Source of the DNA: a bacterium
Lineage (GTDB): Bacteria > Omnitrophota > Gorgyraeia > Zapsychrales > Zapsychraceae
Length of the DNA stretch: 64,000 nt
Assembly: GCA_030429765.1 (NCBI GenBank)
Contig: JAUIER010000006.1
Location: 23,925-87,924 of the forward strand
Direction: 5' to 3'
The notes beneath the pieces are model-generated. The model had not been told where the DNA came from, ran no database searches, and worked only from the letters and a program-made list of their open reading frames with translations. This document shows positions 49,055 to 59,253 of this stretch, piece after piece (within the stretch, counting starts at the first letter, position 1; every line of letters starts with the position of its first letter). The position numbers and the translations under genes are program-made.

Positions 49055-49605
49055 GGCTGATCCTTCACGGCAAAGATGACATTGGGATTAAATTGCTGAT
49101 GGATGCGGTAATCCGTTGGAATGAATTGAGCCGCGTCTTGTTTATGAAAATATACAATCGCGTGATGGGGACGATCGGGATCCACCTGACGCAACGCCAC
49201 TTCAGGATACAGATAGTAGGCCAATTTGCGGTACAGGATAAAACCCGGACTGCGTTCCAGATCCAGGTCGGAAATCAGTTCAGTTTGATAGGGCCGGTCC
49301 ACTCCCTGCCGGATGCGCTGTGCCAGCAGATACGGCTGGCCATGGATAAGCCACCTGCGCTCTTGATCGGACCGTCCGCTGTATGTGCTCACGTCCCGGG
49401 TAAAATCCCGGAATGTTGTCGGGACCTGAAGAACACTCCATACCATCACAGCGACGAGACCGTAGACCGGCAGCAGCTGGAAGGCGCGCTGAAGCGGCGG
49501 CTGTTTGCGACGTTTCATCCGCGTGTAGGTCAAGGCATCCACGCACCACAAAATTATGGCCATGGTCAACGCAAAGACCGTTGGATTGGACCAGCCGTAT
49601 CCCAT
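49051..49605 (-). CDS. Hypothetical membrane protein
   Basis: Overlaps both neighbours; 2 TM; YYLYP motif. Confidence 0.6.
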   Translation of the reverse strand: MGYGWSNPTVFALTMAIILWCVDALTYTRMKRRKQPPLQRAFQLLPVYGLVAVMVWSVLQVPTTFRDFTRDVSTYSGRSDQERRWLIHGQPYLLAQRIRQGVDRPYQTELISDLDLERSPGFILYRKLAYYLYPEVALRQVDPDRPHHAIVYFHKQDAAQFIPTDYRIHQQFNPNVIFAVKDQP

Positions 49606-51263
49606 CACTCGGACCCCGCCGGTAAAGCGTGTTGAATCCCCGCCGCCAATTGTTCCGCGATCAATCGATTGCATCGAACGCTGCAATGGCCGAAGTCTCC
49701 GGCAAAATGATCACTAAACAATTCGCTGTACTCGAGATCGGCCAGTTCGTCCTCAAAATTGGCAAGGTTCTCGACAAAAACCAAATCATCAAAATCACTC
49801 AACTGATGGCGTATCGACTGTTGATCGAGCATCGGATACTGCATACTCACATGCCGCACCCCCTTGTCTTTTAACAGCGCCGCAATCCGTCGATAATAGT
49901 GCAAGGTGTAGGGATGGACATATTCATTCTGATAGTATTCCGCCTGTTTGGTGAGTTCCGGGACTTCATCGTTCTTGGCCTGTGACTTCAGGGCCCGGAT
50001 AAGCCCCTGATACATATTCGCCCGATGACCGTTGTATTCAAATCCGTCCCGATAGGTTTGTTCCGCCCGCGCCAGCAACCCTTGCTGAAAAAAGAGTTCG
50101 CCCAAGTGATCATAGGAATTCGAGCTGCGCGGGTCTTTTTCAATCGCCAGGTCATAGGCCTTTTGCGCCAGCGCATAGTCTTTTAATTTGGACAACACGT
50201 CCCCCGCCTCCAGATACATCCAGTGATCGCCGATCCGGTTGTCGACGATAAATTGGTACATATTGCGCGAACGGACCGCCTGACCTCCGTCGCGGTACAG
50301 CCGGGCCATCTCCAGATAGATCATCGGGACCTTCTGATCAATCGCGGCCGCCTGCTGTAACACAGTTAAAGCCGGTCCGAATTGTTTGAGACGCCGCAAC
50401 GCGCGGGCCAATTCTAGATAAGCAACAACCGATTGAGGATCGGCCTCCACCGCCTGACGAAAGTAACCCAGCGCCGTATTAACATCCCCGCGCCCGGTAT
50501 ACCAGCGCCCGACATACACCAATAATTTCATCTGCGCGGCGCCGACACCCTTACGCTGTTTGAGCGCTTCCAGGGCCTTGGGAGACGCTGATGGATGACC
50601 GGACTGTTCGATCAGTTCATCCATCGCCCGTGTGGCCTGCTCCATCTGTCCGATCTGCCGGAGCATCTGCGTCGGGGCATCCTGTTGATCGGTGACAATG
50701 CCGCGATCCATCAGCTCATCCGCATCAATCGCTCCTTGCTCCCGTTCCTCATCGACACGCCCGCGAAAATAGGGAATCGCCGCTGTCACAAACTGCACGA
50801 CACGAAACTGCGCGATAAAATCTGCGACCTGGTCCACCAGACCTCTGTCCAGCGTCTGGTTGGTAATGTGATCGTTGATCCCCATCATCGTCACCACCAT
50901 ATCCGGCTGATATTTTTTCAGATTGGCCTCAAGGTGTTCGTAGATATACTCCGATGTGATCGACGGGACGCCTTTGTTGATCACCCGATACTTTCGTTTG
51001 GCATTGGATTGGTTGAGAATTTCCTGCAGCTGCGACGGATAAGAATCATCATCGCCCAACGCCGTTGTCGATTCTCCGAGACACAGGATCGTGTAGACAT
51101 CATCCGTCCCCTGCATGGCCTGATTGCGGCGTTCCTGCAGATGCAAAAACACCGCCCCGGTCAATCGTAAAGCGATCTCAAGCGCCACACAACTGACAAT
51201 GAATCCAAACGCTATCAGTCCGACCTTTTGTTTCAGCGAAGTTTTAGGGGAGGATTTTGTCAT
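49605..51263 (-). CDS. SGNH-like hydrolase with TPR repeats
   Basis: LGESTT, NKG, MMGIND, DFGHC motifs and a TPR array. Confidence 0.78.
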   Translation of the reverse strand: MTKSSPKTSLKQKVGLIAFGFIVSCVALEIALRLTGAVFLHLQERRNQAMQGTDDVYTILCLGESTTALGDDDSYPSQLQEILNQSNAKRKYRVINKGVPSITSEYIYEHLEANLKKYQPDMVVTMMGINDHITNQTLDRGLVDQVADFIAQFRVVQFVTAAIPYFRGRVDEEREQGAIDADELMDRGIVTDQQDAPTQMLRQIGQMEQATRAMDELIEQSGHPSASPKALEALKQRKGVGAAQMKLLVYVGRWYTGRGDVNTALGYFRQAVEADPQSVVAYLELARALRRLKQFGPALTVLQQAAAIDQKVPMIYLEMARLYRDGGQAVRSRNMYQFIVDNRIGDHWMYLEAGDVLSKLKDYALAQKAYDLAIEKDPRSSNSYDHLGELFFQQGLLARAEQTYRDGFEYNGHRANMYQGLIRALKSQAKNDEVPELTKQAEYYQNEYVHPYTLHYYRRIAALLKDKGVRHVSMQYPMLDQQSIRHQLSDFDDLVFVENLANFEDELADLEYSELFSDHFAGDFGHCSVRCNRLIAEQLAAGIQHALPAGSE

Positions 51264-51361
51264 GACAGACCAAAAAATTAGGGCGACACAGTTAAACTTA
51301 TCTCATTATAAGTTTAACCGGCCGCCCGATCTAAAGAAAAAAACAAAACGTTGAACGCGTC

Positions 51362-51799
51362 TTATCCGGCAAAGACCTTGATTTGTCCCATCAGGAATAC
51401 CATAACAAACAGCGCGACCGTCTCGACGATACCCAACGCGATAATGTAGTTAGTCGTCCCCTTACCGGTTTCAGCCAACGAATCACACGCGCCGGCCGCG
51501 GCCTTACCCTGCATCCAGGCCGACATTCCCATCCCCATACCACCAAAAATCCCCATACCTAATAGAGGATGGCCGGCCGCTGCGGCTGTGGCTATCTTAC
51601 CCATCAAGATCATGGCGTAAATTGTCTGAGACAACGGGAACCCGACGAATACGATCAACAAGAATGGTGCAGTCTTATTTTGTGAAAAAGATCTCTTCCA
51701 CGCGCCGACAGCCCCTTGAGCCGCGATTCCGGTTCCTAGGGCCGATCCCATGGCCGCCAAAGATAGACACGCCGCTACACCAAAATCTTCTAATAACAT
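51362..51799 (-). CDS. ntpK: V/A-type ATP synthase subunit K (proteolipid)
   Basis: Four TM; PLSQTIY, WMQG, GIVETVALF. Confidence 0.92.
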   Translation of the reverse strand: MLLEDFGVAACLSLAAMGSALGTGIAAQGAVGAWKRSFSQNKTAPFLLIVFVGFPLSQTIYAMILMGKIATAAAAGHPLLGMGIFGGMGMGMSAWMQGKAAAGACDSLAETGKGTTNYIIALGIVETVALFVMVFLMGQIKVFAG

Positions 51800-51821
51800 A
51801 AATTCAACCTCCGTTTTTATT

Positions 51822-53579
51822 TTAAATTGTTGCTTCTTTTAATTTCTTTTTAAATGGATTGTACTTGGATCCCACCCACTCTAAGCCCAAGTGACCGGAA
51901 AATTCCAGAACATTCAGCCTGATTGCGTGAACCAATATAGCCATGGCCGATAAGATAAGATTCAATACATGGAGAACAAACATAAATATATACCCGGTAA
52001 ATCCCATTTCCGCCGGCATGGCGTTCGCGGCATCCGCGACAGCAACAGCTGCTAAACCAACCGCAAACAGTCTAATATAGGAAATAATATCGGTACCTGC
52101 TCCAATAACTGAAAGGACATGCGGTATTGATTCTTGGCCAATATTCTTCTTTAATTCTTTGAATGAAGGGAACATGAACAGCAACGCCACGACAGCCCCA
52201 CCGATAATCAATGGCCCGGTAAAGGACGGGACAGCCTTACCTAACACGAACATGTTTGCTAAAAAATACATTCCCCAAATAACCATCAACCATCCAACCT
52301 CCGAAAGAACCGTAATGGATGGCATCTTGCGGATAGCCGTCCATATATGGGCAATATTTAGGTGAACTAAGGCAATTGTAAAGCATAACCACTGAAGATT
52401 ATCCATATCATTGAGCCATGGGACGACCGGGTTTATCGATTCCGGTAGCCATTGTTGACCAAAATATGTTCCCGTCAAAATCCCCCAAAATACTGTGAAC
52501 CCATTTAAGAGATACAGCAGACTAAACGCTGTCTGATCCTTGAGCTTGTGACCCAATTTCTTTTGCGCAATAAAGGTAAACAGCAGAAATATAGCACCAT
52601 AACCCGCATCACCTATCAGAATTGCAAAAAACAACGTAAAGAAAATCAAAAAGACCGCGCTGACGTCGACTTCCTTGTATCCCGGCAAAATCTCAATCAC
52701 ACCCAACGCCGGCTTGCTTAACTCCACCCACTTGGGATTCCGCATCAATGTCGGGACTTCATCCTCATCGGATGGATCCTCGATCAATAGTCCCCAATGG
52801 TTTTGTTTGGAATAATCTTTAAGATCAAACACCTGATCGTCGGGGATAAATCCTTTGAGGAAACACACATCGTCATAATCCGTCATGCCCGCCGCTGTTT
52901 GGGAAAACGTCAGATCATATTGGGAATTTTCACGGATCTGTTTCAGACACTCCAGATAGGCCGCGTTCTCGTTCAATAACTCTTTGGCCGCCTTGACCTT
53001 CATTTCATCATGTTCCTGAAGCATCTTGAGATTATTCAATGAATTGGTCGGCAAGGAGACCTTGGTAAATGGTAAATCTTCGGCTTTGTCGGAAATCGAG
53101 ATAAACCGGCGCATCCCTCGGGAATTCGAAACTTCCTGAAAGACATGATTATCAGGCAGAATCAGATTCTTCGTCGACGCGGGAATCTCATACAGCTCAA
53201 CAAACATCCCCTTGTCGCGCAGTTTCTCAATCTCAACGGGATCAAAATTTCCCCATTCTTCCCACTTGGTGATCAAGGCCTTGCGTTTCTCGATAAAATC
53301 GGCGTTCTGAGTGATCAAGCTCTGCAGATCGAGGATTTCCGTCGCTGTCTTGATCCAGTCTTCACATTTTTTCTGTGCCGGACGTTCCGTACAAGTTTCC
53401 AGAATACCGATCACCTGGTCCAACACTTCGACGGTCTCATTGGCCTCATCGACACGATGTCCCGTCGGTGACTGACAATGTTCAATGTGAACCGTTCCCA
53501 GCTCGGCCAATCGTTCCAGTGACGCCTCCAAATGACTCTTCTGGACGATCACATGAATTTTTTTCATGGATACGATCAT
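51822..53579 (-). CDS. ntpI: V/A-type ATP synthase subunit I
   Basis: PGYKEVD, GDAGYG, DIISYIRLFAVG, HAIRLNVLEF. Confidence 0.92.
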   Translation of the reverse strand: MIVSMKKIHVIVQKSHLEASLERLAELGTVHIEHCQSPTGHRVDEANETVEVLDQVIGILETCTERPAQKKCEDWIKTATEILDLQSLITQNADFIEKRKALITKWEEWGNFDPVEIEKLRDKGMFVELYEIPASTKNLILPDNHVFQEVSNSRGMRRFISISDKAEDLPFTKVSLPTNSLNNLKMLQEHDEMKVKAAKELLNENAAYLECLKQIRENSQYDLTFSQTAAGMTDYDDVCFLKGFIPDDQVFDLKDYSKQNHWGLLIEDPSDEDEVPTLMRNPKWVELSKPALGVIEILPGYKEVDVSAVFLIFFTLFFAILIGDAGYGAIFLLFTFIAQKKLGHKLKDQTAFSLLYLLNGFTVFWGILTGTYFGQQWLPESINPVVPWLNDMDNLQWLCFTIALVHLNIAHIWTAIRKMPSITVLSEVGWLMVIWGMYFLANMFVLGKAVPSFTGPLIIGGAVVALLFMFPSFKELKKNIGQESIPHVLSVIGAGTDIISYIRLFAVGLAAVAVADAANAMPAEMGFTGYIFMFVLHVLNLILSAMAILVHAIRLNVLEFSGHLGLEWVGSKYNPFKKKLKEATI

Positions 53580-53580
53580 A

Positions 53581-54201
53581 TTATTCGGCTCCTGCGGGCT
53601 GCAGATCCCGCGCTTCAACTTTCTTTTTGGCGACCTTACTCACACCGACCGCATTGGCCTGCTGGTCGCCTAGATAGATTCGGATCTTCCGGATATTCTG
53701 CTGACATTCCGGAATCTTGACCTTTTCAAACAAATTGACGCGCTGCGTCGTCGTGCGTAATTCTTTCTCCAGAATACGCATCTGTTTTTTGATAATCTCA
53801 ACCTCACATGTTAAAGAAACAATGTGACGAATTTCCTCAAGCCCTTTGTCGACCCACAACGGCGTTTCATAGTAGTCGTATTCGGCTTTCTCGTAGGTGA
53901 CGTCTTCAAAGACCGGCACGTCCGCCCCCGCCACGTTCATGTTGGAGGTATTGATTTCCGCCGGCGTGATCCACGGCTTGAGATCAATCGCTGAATCAGC
54001 CAATAACCCCGCCCAGCGCTGAATCGACCCGTCGCGCTCGTCGAGGATCAATTGCTTGGCCTTGATCACCTTGCGGATCTCAAGGATCTTCATCTGCAAC
54101 TGCTGCTTCTTGAGCTGCAGCGTCGGAAGATAGCGCTTGAACTGCTTCAAACTATCACGCTGTTTTTTGAGTTCACCTTTTGTGAGTTTGATCTTGGACA
54201 T
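53581..54201 (-). CDS. ntpD: V/A-type ATP synthase subunit D
   Basis: LPTLQLKK, TTQRVNLFEKVKIP. Confidence 0.93.
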   Translation of the reverse strand: MSKIKLTKGELKKQRDSLKQFKRYLPTLQLKKQQLQMKILEIRKVIKAKQLILDERDGSIQRWAGLLADSAIDLKPWITPAEINTSNMNVAGADVPVFEDVTYEKAEYDYYETPLWVDKGLEEIRHIVSLTCEVEIIKKQMRILEKELRTTTQRVNLFEKVKIPECQQNIRKIRIYLGDQQANAVGVSKVAKKKVEARDLQPAGAE

Positions 54202-54207
54202 GATGTT

Positions 54208-55515
54208 CTATTTGGCCGCCGCCGTTTCGGGCCAGAATTTATCAATCAATTTTTGGTTCATCCCGGTTTCCGCCGGTTCAAAGCACTCGGCCAGGATTGT
54301 CCAGCCCAGGTCCAGCGCCTCTTCCAATGGAATATTCACCGACAGGTCCATCAACCGGTGCTCAAACTGAACCCCGTACTTGAGAAGTTTTTCATCCCAC
54401 GAGCTCATCTGGAATCCCATCGACCGTTTTTCCAATACCTCACGGTAGTCCGCGAACAGCTGGATCATCCGGTCCATGATTGCCCGGTGATCGTCGCGCG
54501 TTTTGCTGTTGACCTGCTGTTTCAATCGGCTCAACGAACCAAACGGCTCGATACGTCCGCCGCGCAGATAAAACTGTCCTTCGGTAATATAGCCGGTGTT
54601 ATCCGGAATTGGATGCGTGACATCATCCCCAGGCATACTCGTGACACCAAGAATCGTAATTGATCCGGCCCCGTCGAAGTCAACGGCCTTCTCGTAACGC
54701 GCGGCCAACTGGCTGTACAAATCACCTGGATAACCGCGGTTGGATGGGATCTGTTCCATCGTGATCGCGATCTCTTTAAGCGCGTCGGAGAAGTTGGTCA
54801 TATCCGTCAGCAAAACCAGAACACGTTTACCTTCCAGCGCAAATTGTTCGGCCACGGCCAGACACATATCCGGCACCAACAGACATTCCACCGTCGGGTC
54901 AGACGCCGTGTGAATAAACATCACCGAGCGTGACAACGAGCCCTGTGCTTCGAGTGTGTCACGAAACGAAATATAGTCGTCGTACTTGAGTCCCATACCG
55001 CCCAGGATAATCGCGTCAACCTCGGCCTGCATCGCGATCCGCGCCAGCAATTCGTTATACGGCTCACCCGCGACCGAGAAGATCGGCAGCTTTTGCGATT
55101 CAACCAGTGTGTTAAAGACATCAATCATCGGAATCCCGGTACGGATCATATTCTTGGGAACGACACGCTTGGCCGGATTCACCGACGGCCCGCCGATGTC
55201 GATCATGTTGTCACTCAACGCCGGCCCTTTGTCCCGCGGCTCCCCGCTTCCGGTAAAGATACGTCCCAACAGATCAGCCGAATACGAAACCTGAATCTGT
55301 CGCTTGAGAAAACGAACCTTGTCATTGGTGGAAATTCCACGGCTTCCGTCGAGAACCTGCAATGAAACCTTCTTACCGTCCAGCCGGATCACCTGCGCCA
55401 GCGATGTCCCCAGCGATGTCTTGATCTCGGCCAATTCCTTGTACGCGATGTCTTCGGCCTCGACCGTGATAACATCCCCTGCAATCTGAATAATCTGACT
55501 ATACACTTTTTGCAT
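54208..55515 (-). CDS. ntpB: V/A-type ATP synthase subunit B
   Basis: [36 protein letters not shown]. Confidence 0.95.
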   Translation of the reverse strand: MQKVYSQIIQIAGDVITVEAEDIAYKELAEIKTSLGTSLAQVIRLDGKKVSLQVLDGSRGISTNDKVRFLKRQIQVSYSADLLGRIFTGSGEPRDKGPALSDNMIDIGGPSVNPAKRVVPKNMIRTGIPMIDVFNTLVESQKLPIFSVAGEPYNELLARIAMQAEVDAIILGGMGLKYDDYISFRDTLEAQGSLSRSVMFIHTASDPTVECLLVPDMCLAVAEQFALEGKRVLVLLTDMTNFSDALKEIAITMEQIPSNRGYPGDLYSQLAARYEKAVDFDGAGSITILGVTSMPGDDVTHPIPDNTGYITEGQFYLRGGRIEPFGSLSRLKQQVNSKTRDDHRAIMDRMIQLFADYREVLEKRSMGFQMSSWDEKLLKYGVQFEHRLMDLSVNIPLEEALDLGWTILAECFEPAETGMNQKLIDKFWPETAAAK

Positions 55516-55530
55516 ATTCGTTCCCCTTAA

Positions 55531-57270
55531 TTATGCGGCCTGAAGCTCTTCAGCTTTACCCTCCGCCATCTTCTTACGAAGCGCGGCCACCGTATCATTA
55601 AATTCGCCGGATTTAAACTCCTGCGAATTCCAGTTCTTGAACAGCTGCGTCAATTCCTGAAAATATCGACGCGCGCGGTCTTTATTCTGAAATTTGAATT
55701 TCTGATCCAGAATCTCGATAATAAAATCAAACACATAAATCTGACGCTCGGCCGGTGTAGCCTCATCCGTCTTATCAAACGCGTTTTGCTGCAGGTAGAC
55801 TGCGTCAAAAAATTCACCTTTCAGGTATTCAATAAATTCATCGTTCGATGTCCCTTCTTCCCCGACAACCTTCATCATCTGACCGACGCTGTTGCCTTTG
55901 CGCAACATGGCCACACTTTTCGCCGCCTTGTCATTGTCGACAAAACTCGGATACTTGCTCCAGCTGTCGAGCGGATCGATGGTCGGATAGCGTCGAGCAT
56001 TCGCCCGTGCCTGAGATAGCCCCAGGAATCCGCCCACAACCTTCAAGGTTGCCTGTGTCACCGGCTCTTCGAAGTTTCCACCGGCCGGCGAAACCGCTCC
56101 GCCGATGGTGATCGATCCGGTTGATCCGTCTCTGAACTTGACCAGACCGGCGCGCTCATAAAAGGACGCAATCCGCGATTCCAGATAGGCTGGAAACGCC
56201 TCTTCCCCCGGAATTTCTTCCAGACGTCCGGACATCTCCCGCATCGCCTGCGCCCAGCGTGATGTTGAATCAGCCAACAGCAGGACATTCAATCCCATTT
56301 GACGATAGTATTCGGCCAATGTCACTCCGGTGTATACCGACGACTCACGCGCCGCAACCGGCATCGAACTGGTGTTGCAGATAATGATCGTGCGTTCCAT
56401 CAATGTCTTGCCGGTTTTCGGATCGATCAATTCCGGAAACTCTTCCAGGATCTCCACAACCTCACCCGCGCGTTCACCACAGGCCGCGACAATGACCACG
56501 TCGACCTCGGCGTGACGGCTCAGCAAATGCTGCAAGACAGTCTTGCCCGCACCGAACGGCCCGGGTGTACAGAATGTTCCGCCAACGGCCACCGGACAAA
56601 TCGTATCAATCAGACGGATCTTGGTAACCAACGGTTCTTTGGGCTTGAGTTTTTCGGCGTAAGCCTTGATGGGAACCTTGACCGGCCATGTCTGGACCAT
56701 CTTGATATCATACTTCTTGCCGGCCTCATCCTTGACCTTGGCCACCACCTTGTCAATCGCGTACTGTCCGTTGTCGACGATATCGACGACTTCAAAATCA
56801 CCTTCCCAGTTAAACGGCACCATAATCTTGTGGTCGAACAGATTTTCGGGAACCGTTCCCACGGTGTCTCCGGCACGGACCTTTGAGCCGACCTTGACGG
56901 TGGCCGTAAATTCCCATAATTTTTCTTCATCCAACGGCTTCATGTACTTGCCGCGTTTGAGAAAGAAACCATATTCCTCGGCCAACTGCGGCAATGGATT
57001 CTGCAACCCGTCAAAAATCTTTCCCAGCAATCCCGGCCCCAACTCCACACTCAGAAGCTCGTCGGAGAACTCAACTTTATTTCCCACCTTGATCCCGGCC
57101 GTATCTTCAAAAACCTGCAGGTCCGCTGAATTTCCCTTGACCCGGATGACCTCCGCTTTGAGCTTTTCCTGATCGCACACCACATAGGCCACCTCGTTCT
57201 GCTTGACCTTTTCCGTAAATTCAACGGCGACCATGTTTCCATTGACGCCGACGACTCGTCCTGTTCTCAT
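55531..57270 (-). CDS. ntpA: V/A-type ATP synthase subunit A
   Basis: PGPFGAGKT, CGERAGE, NTSSMPVAARE, DSTSRWAQA, SPAGG. Confidence 0.96.
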   Translation of the reverse strand: MRTGRVVGVNGNMVAVEFTEKVKQNEVAYVVCDQEKLKAEVIRVKGNSADLQVFEDTAGIKVGNKVEFSDELLSVELGPGLLGKIFDGLQNPLPQLAEEYGFFLKRGKYMKPLDEEKLWEFTATVKVGSKVRAGDTVGTVPENLFDHKIMVPFNWEGDFEVVDIVDNGQYAIDKVVAKVKDEAGKKYDIKMVQTWPVKVPIKAYAEKLKPKEPLVTKIRLIDTICPVAVGGTFCTPGPFGAGKTVLQHLLSRHAEVDVVIVAACGERAGEVVEILEEFPELIDPKTGKTLMERTIIICNTSSMPVAARESSVYTGVTLAEYYRQMGLNVLLLADSTSRWAQAMREMSGRLEEIPGEEAFPAYLESRIASFYERAGLVKFRDGSTGSITIGGAVSPAGGNFEEPVTQATLKVVGGFLGLSQARANARRYPTIDPLDSWSKYPSFVDNDKAAKSVAMLRKGNSVGQMMKVVGEEGTSNDEFIEYLKGEFFDAVYLQQNAFDKTDEATPAERQIYVFDFIIEILDQKFKFQNKDRARRYFQELTQLFKNWNSQEFKSGEFNDTVAALRKKMAEGKAEELQAA

Positions 57271-57284
57271 TTTTTTCTCCTTTA

Positions 57285-57833
57285 TCAGTAAGCAGTGACT
57301 TCCTCAGGGAAATCAATCTTCTTGAGATCTTCGTAAATTTCCTTGCCCTTGGGCGACGCGATATTGGAATACCGCTCAACAATGCGTAATTTCAAACCGT
57401 ATAATAAAATGTAGGCCAGATTATAAAACTGTCCGACCGATAAATCTTCGTAATATTTCCATCGGGCCTGACTGATCATCTTGTCACCTTCCAATGGATC
57501 GGCCGCGTTGGCCGCGTCTTTGACGAGCTGTGCGATTAAATGATTAAATTGATAAGTCCCGCGGATGAACTCTCGCGGTTCCTGGTTGGCCTTTCGGGCC
57601 CGGTGGGATGCGACTTCATTGTTGATGTCGCGTTCAAATTGATCGACGGCCGACAGGATCGGATGACTGGTGGCCGCGCCTTGATTGGTTAACAAGCCGT
57701 GAACAACGGCAAAATCTTTGTTGGATAGCTGCTGGCGGGCGCTGTCGAGAAACTCCTGAACAGAAAACGGAAGTTCTCCATCGAAGTCAAGTGAGGGAAG
57801 ACTTGCTCCAAAGTAATAATATGATGATGCCAT
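57285..57833 (-). CDS. DUF2764 protein (V-ATPase subunit C-like)
   Basis: YYY..ASLP.L motif; lies between subunits E and A. Confidence 0.8.
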   Translation of the reverse strand: MASSYYYFGASLPSLDFDGELPFSVQEFLDSARQQLSNKDFAVVHGLLTNQGAATSHPILSAVDQFERDINNEVASHRARKANQEPREFIRGTYQFNHLIAQLVKDAANAADPLEGDKMISQARWKYYEDLSVGQFYNLAYILLYGLKLRIVERYSNIASPKGKEIYEDLKKIDFPEEVTAY

Positions 57834-57845
57834 AATATACCGGTC

Positions 57846-58448
57846 TTAGACAGCTTTCTTAAGTATGCCTGCCACCTGTTCGTTTAAGAAGGTTGTCATG
57901 TACTGCGCTAAACTTTCGTCTGTAAAATCGAAACTCGATTTTCCACCGTCATAACTGATCGCGAAACCGCCGGTCACATCATCTGATGACTGAAATTCGA
58001 TACCGTGTTTGACCTGTTTCTGCAGCTTGTCGATAAATCCGTCAGCGAGTTTCTTGTGGTCCTTTTTGTTCAACTCGATCTGAACGCCATCTTTTCCGCC
58101 TGAAGAATCCTTGACCAGTTGTCCGATAATCTCGGCGAGCTGATCGCTGTTTAGCGACGCGGAAACGTCGTGCGAGACCAACCGCGACAGCATGCCCTGA
58201 ATCTCTTTGCGCAGCGACAATAAGGTATCTCGCGACGCCTGTTCCAGTGACTTCTTAGCCGATTCCTGCAGCTTCTCGGCGTCGATCTGTGCTTGATTGA
58301 CAATGGCTTGTGCCCGGTCTTCGGCCGTCTTGATAATCTGCTCGGCATTGGCGCGGGCCTTGTCTTCGATCTGCTTGGCCTGCGCTTCGGCGCTGTCGAT
58401 TCCGTCGCTTTTGATTTTGCTGATCAATTCTTCGATTTGTGAGGACAT
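57846..58448 (-). CDS. ntpE: V/A-type ATP synthase subunit E
   Basis: ELISKIKSDG..A...A coiled coil, GGFAI, DFTDE; ATG 58448 after AGGAG. Confidence 0.85.
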   Translation of the reverse strand: MSSQIEELISKIKSDGIDSAEAQAKQIEDKARANAEQIIKTAEDRAQAIVNQAQIDAEKLQESAKKSLEQASRDTLLSLRKEIQGMLSRLVSHDVSASLNSDQLAEIIGQLVKDSSGGKDGVQIELNKKDHKKLADGFIDKLQKQVKHGIEFQSSDDVTGGFAISYDGGKSSFDFTDESLAQYMTTFLNEQVAGILKKAV

Positions 58449-58476
58449 GAATAACTCCTGTATATGGTCAATAATT

Positions 58477-59250
58477 CTATTGCGCTTGCTGAGCCTGTTC
58501 GATTTGCTGTAAAATTTGCTGTGCGGCCTGAGCCGGATGCTCGGCTTTGACGATCGGACGTCCGACAACCAGAAAATCACTGCCGGCGCGAACCGCATCA
58601 AACGGTGTGGCCACACGTTTTTGATCACCGACATCCGCCCCCTGAGGACGAATTCCCGGCGTTACAATAACAAAATCGTCGCCGAACTCCGACCGGATCA
58701 TCGCGGCTTCTTGACTGGATGCAACCACTCCATCCAGCCCGGATTTCTTGGCTAACGACGCTCTCTGTAAAACAAGATCCCGTATGTTATCTGTTTTGGC
58801 ATCACTTGTCAAGACTGTAATCCCGACTAATAAAGTTTTCGTAACTCCAATTGTTTGAGCCTGTTTGACCGCTGCTCGAGCCGCGTATTCCATCATTTCC
58901 TGACCGCCCAGCGTGTGCAGGGTACACAGCAAAAGCCCTTTATTGGCCTCCAGCGGCTGCTGATTGTCATCGAGCACATCATGCATCTTAGACCCGAGAT
59001 TGATAGCTGATGTGACCGCATTGGCCACGGTATTGGGAATGTCATGAAATTTCAGGTCCAGAAAGACCTCTTTCTGCTGCGCCAGAATGTAGCGAACCAC
59101 CACCGGACCGCAGGCCGTAAACAGCTGACTTCCCACTTTAAATATATCGACATCGTTTTTGAGTTGATCGATCAGCCCGCGGGCCTGTTCAAACGTATCT
59201 ACATCCAGCGCGACGATCAGTTTGGATTTTTTCATAGTTTCATTCACCAT
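58477..59250 (-). CDS. pyrF: Orotidine-5'-phosphate decarboxylase
   Basis: IVALD, FLDLKFHDIPNTV, VTPGIR, DQKR, VVGRPI. Confidence 0.96.
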   Translation of the reverse strand: MVNETMKKSKLIVALDVDTFEQARGLIDQLKNDVDIFKVGSQLFTACGPVVVRYILAQQKEVFLDLKFHDIPNTVANAVTSAINLGSKMHDVLDDNQQPLEANKGLLLCTLHTLGGQEMMEYAARAAVKQAQTIGVTKTLLVGITVLTSDAKTDNIRDLVLQRASLAKKSGLDGVVASSQEAAMIRSEFGDDFVIVTPGIRPQGADVGDQKRVATPFDAVRAGSDFLVVGRPIVKAEHPAQAAQQILQQIEQAQQAQ

Positions 59251-59253
59251 TGC

